Shown here piece by piece: positions 11,401-23,800 of a stretch of DNA of 64,000 nucleotides. Numbering within the stretch: the first letter of the stretch is position 1; each line of letters opens with the position of its first letter. Position numbers and translations under genes: made by a program. Origin of the DNA: the human T2T-CHM13v2.0 reference genome, Homo sapiens. The notes beneath the pieces were generated by a model. That model saw only the letters and a list, made by a program, of their open reading frames with translations, ran no database searches and was not told the DNA's origin. Location of the stretch: NCBI RefSeq assembly GCF_009914755.1, contig NC_060934.1, one strand, 5' to 3'.

Positions 11401-14400
11401 TTGTGGAATTTGCAAGTGGAGATTTCAAGCGATTTGACGCCAATCTTAGACATGGAAATATCTTCATATTAAAAGTACACAGAGTCATTCGTAGAAACTA
11501 GTTTGTGATGTGTGCCTTCAACTCACAGAGTTTAACCTTTCTTTTCATAGAGCAGTTGGGAAACACTCTATTTGTAAAGTCTGCAAGTGGATATTTGGAC
11601 CTCTTTGAGGCCTTCGTTGGAAACGGGATTTCTTCATATAACGCTAGACAGAAGAATTCTCAGTAACTTCTTTGTGTTGTGTGTATTCAACTCACAGAGT
11701 TGAACCTTTCTTTAGAGGGAGCAGAGGTGAAACACTCTTTTTGTGGAATTTGCTAGTGTAGATTTCAAACGCTTCGAAGACAGTGATAGAAAAGGATATA
11801 TCTTCGTATTAAAAGTAGACAAAATCATTCTCAGAAAACTCTTTGTGATGTGTGTGTTCAACTCACAGAGTTTAACCTTTCTTTAATCGAGCAGTTTGGA
11901 AATACACTCTTTGTAAGTCTGCAGGTGGATATTTGGCCCTCTTTGAGCCCTTCGTTGGAAACGGGATTTCCTCATATAATGCTAGACAGAAGAATTCTCA
12001 GTAACTTCTTTGTGTTGTTTGTATTCAACACACAGATTTGAACCTTCCTTTAGAGAGAGCAGATTTGAAACACTCTGTTTTTGGAATTTGCAAGTGCAGA
12101 TTTCAAGCGCTTCTAGGCCTATGGCAGAAAAGGAAATATCTTCGTATAAAAACTACACAGAATCATTCTCAACAACTACTTTGTGATGTGTGCGTTCAAC
12201 TCACAGAGTTTAACCTTTCTTTTCATAGAGCAGTTTGGAAACACTCTGTTTGTAAAGCCTGCAAGTGCTTTTTTGGACTTCATTGAGGCCTTCGTTGGAA
12301 ACGGGATTTCTTCATATAATGCTAGACAGAAGAATTCTCAGTCACTTCTTTGTGTTGTGTGTATTCAAGTCACAGAGTTGAGCCTTCCTTTAGACAGAGC
12401 AGTTTTGAAAAATTCTTTCTGTGGAGTTTGCAAGTGGAGATTTCAAGCGATTTGAGGCTAATCTTTGAAATGGAAATATCTTCGTGTAAAAACTACACAG
12501 AATCATTCTCAGAAACTGCTTTGTCATCTGTGCGTTCAGTTCACAGAGTTTCACCTTTCTCTTCATAGAGCAGTTTGGAAAGACTCTGTCTGTAAAGTCT
12601 GCAAGTGATTAGTTAGACCCCTTTGAGGCCTTCGTTGGAAGCGGGATTTCTCATTTACTGCTAGACAGAAGAATTCTCAGTAAATCCTTTGTGTTGTGTG
12701 TATTCAACTCACAGAGTGGAACCTTCCTTTATTCAGAGCAGTTTTGATAAACACTTTTTGTGGAATTTGCAAGTGGAGATTTCAAGCGATTTGACGCCAA
12801 TCTTAGACATGGAAATATCTTCATATTAAAAGTACACAGAGTCATTCGTAGAAACTAGTTTGTGATGTGTGCCTTCAACTCACAGAGTTTAACCTTTCTT
12901 TTCATAGAGCAGTTTGGAAACACTCTATTTGTAAAGTCTGCAAGTGGATATTTGGACCTCTTTGAGGCCTTCGTTGGAAACGGGATTTCTTCATACAACG
13001 CTAGACAGAAGAATTCTCAGTAACTTCTTTGTGTTGTGTGTATTCAACTCACAGAGTTGAACCTTTCTTTAGAGAGAGCAGAGTTGAAACACTCTGTTTT
13101 TGGAATTTGCAACTGCAGATTTCAAGCGATTCTAGGCCTATGGCAGAAAAGGAAATATCTTCGTATAAAAACTACACAGAATCATTCTCAACAACTACTT
13201 TGTGATGTGTGCGTTCAACTCACAGAGTTTAACCTTTCTTTTCATAGAGCAGTTTGGAAACACTCTGTTTGTAAAGCCTGCAAGTGCTTTTTTGGACTTC
13301 ATTGAGGCCTTCGTTGGAAACGGGATTTCTTCATATAATGCTAGACAGAAGAATTCTCAGTCACTTCTTTGTGTTGTGTGTATTCAAGTCACAGAGTTGA
13401 ACCTTCCTTTAGACAGAGCAGTTTTGAAAAATTCTTTCTGTGTAATTTGCAAGTGGAGATTTCAAGCGATTTGAGGCTAATCTTTGAAATGGAAATATCT
13501 TCGTGTAAAAACTACACAGAATCATTCTCAGAAACTGCTTTGTCATCTGTGCGTTCAGTTCACAGAGTTTCACCTTTCTCTTCATAGAGCAGTTTGGAAA
13601 GACTCTGTCTGTAAAGTCTGCAAGTGATTAGTTAGACCCCTTTGAGGCCTTCGTTGGAAGCGGGATTTCTCATTTACTGCTAGACAGAAGAATTCTCAGT
13701 AAATCCTTTGTGTTGTGTGTATTCAACTCACAGAGTGGAACCTTCCTTTATTCAGAGCAGTTTTGAAACACTCTTTTTGTGGAATTTGCAAGTGGAGATT
13801 TCAAGCGATTTGACGCCAATCTTAGACATGGAAATATCTTCATATTAAAAGTACACAGAGTCATTCGTAGAAACTAGTTTGTGATGTGTGCCTTCAACTC
13901 ACAGAGTTTAACCTTTCTTTTCATAGAGCAGTTGGGAAACACTCTATTTGTAAAGTCTGCAAGTGGATATTTGGACCTCTTTGAGGCCTTCGTTGGAAAC
14001 GGGATTTCTTCATATAACGCTAGACAGAAGAATTCTCAGTAACTTCTTTGTGTTGTGTGTATTCAACTCACAGAGTTGAACCTTTCTTTAGAGGGAGCAG
14101 AGGTGAAACACTCTTTTTGTGGAATTTGCTAGTGTAGATTTCAAACGCTTCGAAGACAGTGATAGAAAAGGATATATCTTCGTATTAAAAGTAGACAAAA
14201 TCATTCTCAGAAAACTCTTTGTGATGTGTGTGTTCAACTCACAGAGTTTAACCTTTCTTTAATCGAGCAGTTTGGAAATACACTCTTTGTAAGTCTGCAG
14301 GTGGATATTTGGCCCTCTTTGAGCCCTTCGTTGGAAACGGGATTTCCTCATATAATGCTAGACAGAAGAATTCTCAGTAACTTCTTTGTGTTGTTTGTAT

Positions 14401-17330
14401 TCAACACACAGATTTGAACCTTCCTTTAGAGAGAGCAGATTTGAAACACTCTGTTTTTGGAATTTGCAAGTGCAGATTTCAAGCGCTTCTAGGCCTATGG
14501 CAGAAAAGGAAATATCTTCGTATAAAAACTACACAGAATCATTCTCAACAACTACTTTGTGATGTGTGCGTTCAACTCACAGAGTTTAACCTTTCTTTTC
14601 ATAGAGCAGTTTGGAAACACTCTGTTTGTAAAGCCTGCAAGTGCTTTTTTGGACTTCATTGAGGCCTTCGTTGGAAACGGGATTTCTTCATATAATGCTA
14701 GACAGAAGAATTCTCAGTCACTTCTTTGTGTTGTGTGTATTCAAGTCACAGAGTTGAACCTTCCTTTAGACAGAGCAGTTTTGAAAAATTCTTTCTGTGG
14801 AGTTTGCAAGTGGAGATTTCAAGCGATTTGAGGCTAATCTTTGAAATGGAAATATCTTCGTGTAAAAACTACACAGAATCATTCTCAGAAACTGCTTTGT
14901 CATCTGTGCGTTCAGTTCACAGAGTTTCACCTTTCTCTTCATAGAGCAGTTTGGAAAGACTCTGTCTGTAAAGTCTGCAAGTGATTAGTTAGACCCCTTT
15001 GAGGCCTTCGTTGGAAGCGGGATTTCTCATTTACTGCTAGACAGAAGAATTCTCAGTAAATCCTTTGTGTTGTGTGTATTCAACTCACAGAGTGGAACCT
15101 TCCTTTATTCAGAGCAGTTTTGAAAAACACTTTTTGTGGAATTTGCAAGTGGAGATTTCAAGCGATTTGACGCCAATCTTAGACATGGAAATATCTTCAT
15201 ATTAAAAGTACACAGAGTCATTCGTAGAAACTAGTTTGTGATGTGTGCCTTCAACTCACAGAGTTTAACCTTTCTTTTCATAGAGCAGTTTGGAAACACT
15301 CTATTTGTAAAGTCTGCAAGTGGATATTTGGACCTCTTTGAGGCCTTCGTTGGAAACGGGATTTCTTCATACAACGCTAGACAGAAGAATTCTCAGTAAC
15401 TTCTTTGTGTTGTGTGTATTCAACTCACAGAGTTGAACCTTTCTTTAGAGAGAGCAGAGTTGAAACACTCTGTTTTTGGAATTTGCAACTGCAGATTTCA
15501 AGCGATTCTAGGCCTATGGCAGAAAAGGAAATATCTTCGTATAAAAACTACACAGAATCATTCTCAACAACTACTTTGTGATGTGTGCGTTCAACTCACA
15601 GAGTTTAACCTTTCTTTTCATAGAGCAGTTTGGAAACACTCTGTTTGTAAAGCCTGCAAGTGCTTTTTTGGACTTCATTGAGGCCTTCGTTGGAAACGGG
15701 ATTTCTTCATATAATGCTAGACAGAAGAATTCTCAGTCACTTCTTTGTGTTGTGTGTATTCAAGTCACAGAGTTGAACCTTCCTTTAGACAGAGCAGTTT
15801 TGAAAAATTCTTTCTGTGTAATTTGCAAGTGGAGATTTCAAGCGATTTGAGGCTAATCTTTGAAATGGAAATATCTTCGTGTAAAAACTACACAGAATCA
15901 TTCTCAGAAACTGCTTTGTCATCTGTGCGTTCAGTTCACAGAGTTTCACCTTTCTCTTCATAGAGCAGTTTGGAAAGACTCTGTCTGTAAAGTCCGCAAG
16001 TGATTAGTTAGACCCCTTTGAGGCCTTCGTTGGAAGTGGGATTTCTCATTTACTGCTAGACAGAAGAATTCTCAGTAAATCCTTTGTGTTGTGTGTATTC
16101 AACTCACAGAGTGGAACCTTCCTTTATTCAGAGCAGTTTTGAAACACTCTTTTTGTGGAATTTGCAAGTGGAGATTTCAAGCGATTTGACGCCAATCTTA
16201 GACATGGAAATATCTTCATATTAAAAGTACACAGAGTCATTCGTAGAAACTAGTTTGTGATGTGTGCCTTCAACTCACAGAGTTTAACCTTTCTTTTCAT
16301 AGAGCAGTTGGGAAACACTCTATTTGTAAAGTCTGCAAGTGGATATTTGGACCTCTTTGAGGCCTTCGTTGGAAACGGGATTTCTTCATATAACGCTAGA
16401 CAGAAGAATTCTCAGTAACTTCTTTGTGTTGTGTGTATTCAACTCACAGAGTTGAACCTTTCTTTAGAGGGAGCAGAGGTGAAACACTCTTTTTGTGGAA
16501 TTTGCTAGTGTAGATTTCAAACGCTTCGAAGACAGTGATAGAAAAGGATATATCTTCGTATTAAAAGTAGACAAAATCATTCTCAGAAAACTCTTTGTGA
16601 TGTGTGTGTTCAACTCACAGAGTTTAACCTTTCTTTAATCGAGCAGTTTGGAAATACACTCTTTGTAAGTCTGCAGGTGGATATTTGGCCCTCTTTGAGC
16701 CCTTCGTTGGAAACGGGATTTCCTCATATAATGCTAGACAGAAGAATTCTCAGTAACTTCTTTGTGTTGTTTGTATTCAACACACAGATTTGAACCTTCC
16801 TTTAGAGAGAGCAGATTTGAAACACTCTGTTTTTGGAATTTGCAAGTGCAGATTTCAAGCGCTTCTAGGCCTATGGCAGAAAAGGAAATATCTTCGTATA
16901 AAAACTACACAGAATCATTCTCAACAACTACTTTGTGATGTGTGCGTTCAACTCACAGAGTTTAACCTTTCTTTTCATAGAGCAGTTTGGAAACACTGTG
17001 TTTGTAAAGCCTGCAAGTGCTTTTTTGGACTTCATTGAGGCCTTCGTTGGAAACGGGATTTCTTCATATAATGCTAGACAGAAGAATTCTCAGTCACTTC
17101 TTTGTGTTGTGTGTATTCAAGTCACAGAGTTGAACCTTCCTTTAGACAGAGCAGTTTTGAAAAATTCTTTCTGTGGAGTTTGCAAGTGGAGATTTCAAGC
17201 GATTTGAGGCTAATCTTTGAAATGGAAATATCTTCGTGTAAAAACTACACAGAATCATTCTCAGAAACTGCTTTGTCATCTGTGCGTTCAGTTCACAGAG
17301 TTTCACCTTTCTCTTCATAGAGCAGTTTGG

Positions 17331-17345
17331 AAAGACTCTGTAAAG
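17331..17345 (+). other. 4-bp deletion (one TCTG unit) giving a 1015-bp 6-mer
   Basis: GACTCTGTAAAG versus the usual GACTCTGTCTGTAAAG. Anchor spacing 17102 to 18117 is 1015. Confidence 0.93.
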
Positions 17346-20300
17346 TCTGCAAGTGATTAGTTAGACCCCTTTGAGGCCTTCGTTGGAAGCGGGATTTCTC
17401 ATTTACTGCTAGACAGAAGAATTCTCAGTAAATCCTTTGTGTTGTGTGTATTCAACTCACAGAGTGGAACCTTCCTTTATTCAGAGCAGTTTTGAAAAAC
17501 ACTTTTTGTGGAATTTGCAAGTGGAGATTTCAAGCGATTTGACGCCAATCTTAGACATGGAAATATCTTCATATTAAAAGTACACAGAGTCATCCGTAGA
17601 AACTAGTTTGTGATGTGTGCCTTCAACTCACAGAGTTTAACCTTTCTTTTCATAGAGCAGTTTAGAAACACTCTATTTGTAAAGTCTGCAAGTGGATATT
17701 TGGACCTCTTTGAGGCCTTCGTTGGAAACGGGATTTCTTCATACAACGCTAGACAGAAGAATTCTCAGTAACTTCTTTGTGTTGTGTGTATTCAACTCAC
17801 AGAGTTGAACCTTTCTTTAGAGAGAGCAGAGTTGAAACACTCTGTTTTTGGAATTTGCAACTGCAGATTTCAAGCGATTCTAGGCCTATGGCAGAAAAGG
17901 AAATATCTTCGTATAAAAACTACACAGAATCATTCTCAACAACTACTTTGTGATGTGTGCGTTCAACTCACAGAGTTTAACCTTTCTTTTCATAGAGCAG
18001 TTTGGAAACACTCTGTTTGTAAAGCCTGCAAGTGCTTTTTTGGACTTCATTGAGGCCTTCGTTGGAAACGGGATTTCTTCATATAATGCTAGACAGAAGA
18101 ATTCTCAGTCACTTCTTTGTGTTGTGTGTATTCAAGTCACAGAGTTGAACCTTCCTTTAGACAGAGCAGTTTTGAAAAATTCTTTCTGTGTAATTTGCAA
18201 GTGGAGATTTCAAGCGATTTGAGGCTAATCTTTGAAATGGAAATATCTTCGTGTAAAAACTACACAGAATCATTCTCAGAAACTGCTTTGTCATCTGTGC
18301 GTTCAGTTCACAGAGTTTCACCTTTCTCTTCATAGAGCAGTTTGGAAAGACTCTGTCTGTAAAGTCTGCAAGTGATTAGTTAGACCCCTTTGAGGCCTTC
18401 GTTGGAAGCGGGATTTCTCATTTACTGCTAGACAGAAGAATTCTCAGTAAATCCTTTGTGTTGTGTGTATTCAACTCACAGAGTGGAACCTTCCTTTATT
18501 CAGAGCAGTTTTGAAACACTCTTTTTGTGGAATTTGCAAGTGGAGATTTCAAGCGATTTGACGCCAATCTTAGACATGGAAATATCTTCATATTAAAAGT
18601 ACACAGAGTCATTCGTAGAAACTAGTTTGTGATGTGTGCCTTCAACTCACAGAGTTTAACCTTTCTTTTCATAGAGCAGTTGGGAAACACTCTATTTGTA
18701 AAGTCTGCAAGTGGATATTTGGACCTCTTTGAGGCCTTCGTTGGAAACGGGATTTCTTCATATAATGCTAGACAGAAGAATTCTCAGTAACTTCTTTGTG
18801 TTGTGTGTATTCAACTCACAGAGTTGAACCTTTCTTTAGAGGGAGCAGAGGTGAAACACTCTTTTTGTGGAATTTGCTAGTGTAGATTTCAAACGCTTCG
18901 AAGACAGTGATAGAAAAGGATGTATCTTCGTATTAAAAGTAGACAAAATCATTCTCAGAAAACTCTTTGTGATGTGTGTGTTCAACTCACAGAGTTTAAC
19001 CTTTCTTTAATCGAGCAGTTTGGAAATACACTCTTTGTAAGTCTGCAGGTGGATATTTGGCCCTCTTTGAGCCCTTCGTTGAAAACGGGATTTCCTCATA
19101 TAATGCTAGACAGAAGAATTCTCAGTAACTTCTTTGTGTTGTTTGTATTCAACACACAGATTTGAACCTTCCTTTAGAGAGAGCAGATTTGAAACACTCT
19201 GTTTTTGGAATTTGCAAGTGCAGATTTCAAGCGCTTCTAGGCCTATGGCAGAAAAGGAAATATCTTCGTATAAAAACTACACAGAATCATTCTCAACAAC
19301 TACTTTGTGATGTGTGCGTTCAACTCACAGAGTTTAACCTTTCTTTTCATAGAGCAGTTTGGAAACACTCTGTTTGTAAAGCCTGCAAGTGCTTTTTTGG
19401 ACTTCATTGAGGCCTTCGTTGGAAACGGGATTTCTTCATATAATGCTAGACAGAAGAATTCTCAGTCACTTCTTTGTGTTGTGTGTATTCAAGTCACAGA
19501 GTTGAACCTTCCTTTAGACAGAGCAGTTTTGAAAAATTCTTTCTGTGTAATTTGCAAGTGGAGATTTCAAGCGATTTGAGGCTAATCTTTGAAATGGAAA
19601 TATCTTCGTGTAAAAACTACACAGAATCATTCTCAGAAACTGCTTTGTCATCTGTGCGTTCAGTTCACAGAGTTTCACCTTTCTCTTCATAGAGCAGTTT
19701 GGAAAGACTCTGTCTGTAAAGTCTGCAAGTGATTAGTTAGACCCCTTTGAGGCCTTCGTTGGAAGCGGGATTTCTCATTTACTGCTAGACAGAAGAATTC
19801 TCAGTAAATCCTTTGTGTTGTGTGTATTCAACTCACAGAGTGGAACCTTCCTTTATTCAGAGCAGTATTGAAACACTCTTTTTGTGGAATTTGCAAGTGG
19901 AGATTTCAAGCGATTTGACGCCAATCTTAGACATGGAAATATCTTCATATTAAAAGTACACAGAGTCATTCGTAGAAACTAGTTTGTGATGTGTGCCTTC
20001 AACTCACAGAGTTTAACCTTTCTTTTCATAGAGCAGTTGGGAAACACTCTATTTGTAAAGTCTGCAAGTGGATATTTGGACCTCTTTGAGGCCTTCGTTG
20101 GAAACGGGATTTCTTCATACAACGCTAGACAGAAGAATTCTCAGTAACTTCTTTGTGTTGTGTGTATTCAACTCACAGAGTTGAACCTTTCTTTAGAGAG
20201 AGCAGAGTTGAAACACTCTGTTTTTGGAATTTGCAACTGCAGATTTCAAGCGATTCTAGGCCTATGGCAGAAAAGGAAATATCTTCGTATAAAAACTACA

Positions 20301-20810
20301 CAGAATCATTCTCAACAACTACTTTGTGATGTGTGCGTTCAACTCACAGAGTTTAACCTTTCTTTTCATAGAGCAGTTTGGAAACACTCTGTTTGTAAAG
20401 CCTGCAAGTGCTTTTTTGGACTTCATTGAGGCCTTCGTTGGAAACGGGATTTCTTCATGTAATGCTAGACAGAAGAATTCTCAGTCACTTCTTTGTGTTG
20501 TGTGTATTCAAGTCACAGAGTTGAACCTTCCTTTAGACAGAGCAGTTTTGAAAAATTCTTTCTGTGTAATTTGCAAGTGGAGATTTCAAGCGATTTGAGG
20601 CTAATCTTTGAAATGGAAATATCTTCGTGTAAAAACTACACAGAATCATTCTCAGAAACTGCTTTGTCATCTGTGCGTTCAGTTCACAGAGTTTCACCTT
20701 TCTCTTCATAGAGCAGTTTGGAAAGACTCTGTCTGTAAAGTCTGCAAGTGATTAGTTAGACCCCTTTGAGGCCTTCGTTGGAAGCGGGATTTCTCATTTA
20801 CTGCTAGACA

Positions 20811-20820
20811 GAAGATCTCA
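20811..20820 (+). other. 2-bp deletion converting an EcoRI site to BglII, giving a 1355-bp 8-mer
   Basis: GAAGATCTCA versus the usual GAAGAATTCTCA. Anchor spacing 20493 to 21848 is 1355. Confidence 0.93.
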
Positions 20821-23800
20821 GTAAATCCTTTGTGTTGTGTGTATTCAACTCACAGAGTGGAACCTTCCTTTATTCAGAGCAGTTTTGAAACACTCTTTTT
20901 GTGGAATTTGCAAGTGGAGATTTCAAGCGATTTGACGCCAATCTTAGACATGGAAATATCTTCATATTAAAAGTACACAGAGTCATTCGTAGAAACTAGT
21001 TTGTGATGTGTGCCTTCAACTCACAGAGTTTAACCTTTCTTTTCATAGAGCAGTTGGGAAACACTCTATTTGTAAAGTCTGCAAGTGGATATTTGGACCT
21101 CTTTGAGGCCTTCGTTGGAAACGGGATTTCTTCATATAACGCTAGACAGAAGAATTCTCAGTAACTTCTTTGTGTTGTGTGTATTCAACTCACAGAGTTG
21201 AACCTTTCTTTAGAGGGAGCAGAGGTGAAACACTCTTTTTGTGGAATTTGCTAGTGTAGATTTCAAACGCTTCGAAGACAGTGATAGAAAAGGATATATC
21301 TTCGTATTAAAAGTAGACAAAATCATTCTCAGAAAACTCTTTGTGATGTGTGTGTTCAACTCACAGAGTTTAACCTTTCTTTAATCGAGCAGTTTGGAAA
21401 TACACTCTTTGTAAGTCTGCAGGTGGATATTTGGCCCTCTTTGAGCCCTTCGTTGGAAACGGGATTTCCTCATATAATGCTAGACAGAAGAATTCTCAGT
21501 AACTTCTTTGTGTTGTTTGTATTCAACACACAGATTTGAACCTTCCTTTAGAGAGAGCAGATTTGAAACACTCTGTTTTTGGAATTTGCAAGTGCAGATT
21601 TCAAGCGCTTCTAGGCCTATGGCAGAAAAGGAAATATCTTCGTATAAAAACTACACAGAATCATTCTCAACAACTACTTTGTGATGTGTGCGTTCAACTC
21701 ACAGAGTTTAACCTTTCTTTTCATAGAGCAGTTTGGAAACACTCTGTTTGTAAAGCCTGCAAGTGCTTTTTTGGACTTCATTGAGGCCTTCGTTGGAAAC
21801 GGGATTTCTTCATATTATGCTAGACAGAAGAATTCTCAGTCACTTCTTTGTGTTGTGTGTATTCAAGTCACAGAGTTGAACCTTCCTTTAGACAGAGCAG
21901 TTTTGAAAAATTCTTTCTGTGGAATTTGCAAGTGGAGATTTCAAGCGATTTGAGGCTAATCTTTGAAATGGAAATATCTTCGTGTAAAAACTACACAGAA
22001 TCATTCTCAGAAACTGCTTTGTCATCTGTGCGTTCAGTTCACAGAGTTTCACCTTTCTCTTCATAGAGCAGTTTGGAAAGACTCTGTCTGTAAAGTCTGC
22101 AAGTGATTAGTTAGACCCCTTTGAGGCCTTCGTTGGAAGCGGGATTTCTCATTTACTGCTAGACAGAAGAATTCTCAGTAAATCCTTTGTGTTGTGTGTA
22201 TTCAACTCACAGAGTGGAACCTTCCTTTATTCAGAGCAGTTTTGAAAAACACTTTTTGTGGAATTTGCAAGTGGAGATTTCAAGCGATTTGACGCCAATC
22301 TTAGACATGGAAATATCTTCATATTAAAAGTACACAGAGTCATTCGTAGAAACTAGTTTGTGATGTGTGCCTTCAACTCACAGAGTTTAACCTTTCTTTT
22401 CATAGAGCAGTTTGGAAACACTCTATTTGTAAAGTCTGCAAGTGGATATTTGGACCTCTTTGAGGCCTTCGTTGGAAACGGGATTTCTTCATACAACGCT
22501 AGACAGAAGAATTCTCAGTAACTTCTTTGTGTTGTGTGTATTCAACTCACAGAGTTGAACCTTTCTTTAGAGAGAGCAGAGTTGAAACACTCTGTTTTTG
22601 GAATTTGCAACTGCAGATTTCAAGCGATTCTAGGCCTATGGCAGAAAAGGAAATATCTTCGTATAAAAACTACACAGAATCATTCTCAACAACTACTTTG
22701 TGATGTGTGCGTTCAACTCACAGAGTTTAACCTTTCTTTTCATAGAGCAGTTTGGAAACACTCTGTTTGTAAAGCCTGCAAGTGCTTTTTTGGACTTCAT
22801 TGAGGCCTTCGTTGGAAACGGGATTTCTTCATGTAATGCTAGACAGAAGAATTCTCAGTCACTTCTTTGTGTTGTGTGTATTCAAGTCACAGAGTTGAAC
22901 CTTCCTTTAGACAGAGCAGTTTTGAAAAATTCTTTCTGTGTAATTTGCAAGTGGAGATTTCAAGCGATTTGAGGCTAATCTTTGAAATGGAAATATCTTC
23001 GTGTAAAAACTACACAGAATCATTCTCAGAAACTGCTTTGTCATCTGTGCGTTCAGTTCACAGAGTTTCACCTTTCTCTTCATAGAGCAGTTTGGAAAGA
23101 CTCTGTCTGTAAAGTCTGCAAGTGATTAGTTAGACCCCTTTGAGGCCTTCGTTGGAAGCGGGATTTCTCATTTACTGCTAGACAGAAGAATTCTCAGTAA
23201 ATCCTTTGTGTTGTGTGTATTCAACTCACAGAGTGGAACCTTCCTTTATTCAGAGCAGTTTTGAAACACTCTTTTTGTGGAATTTGCAAGTGGAGATTTC
23301 AAGCGATTTGACGCCAATCTTAGACATGGAAATATCTTCATATTAAAAGTACACAGAGTCATTCGTAGAAACTAGTTTGTGATGTGTGCCTTCAACTCAC
23401 AGAGTTTAACCTTTCTTTTCATAGAGCAGTTTGGAAACACTCTATTTGTAAAGTCTGCAAGTGGATATTTGGACCTCTTTGAGGCCTTCGTTGGAAACGG
23501 GATTTCTTCATACAACGCTAGACAGAAGAATTCTCAGTAACTTCTTTGTGTTGTGTGTATTCAACTCACAGAGTTGAACCTTTCTTTAGAGAGAGCAGAG
23601 TTGAAACACTCTGTTTTTGGAATTTGCAACTGCAGATTTCAAGCGATTCTAGGCCTATGGCAGAAAAGGAAATATCTTCGTATAAAAACTACACAGAATC
23701 ATTCTCAACAACTACTTTGTGATGTGTGCGTTCAACTCACAGAGTTTAACCTTTCTTTTCATAGAGCAGTTTGGAAACACTCTGTTTGTAAAGCCTGCAA

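Noticed and set aside
19074-19090. CENP-B box variant CTTCGTTGAAAACGGGA as an inactivated box
   Set aside because: The G>A at 19082 is at a non-essential position, so the nTTCGnnnnAnnCGGGn core is intact.
18920-19165. Unique ATG-initiated 81-aa ORF
   Set aside because: It is created by one SNV (ATA>ATG at 18922). There is no promoter, splice or coding evidence.
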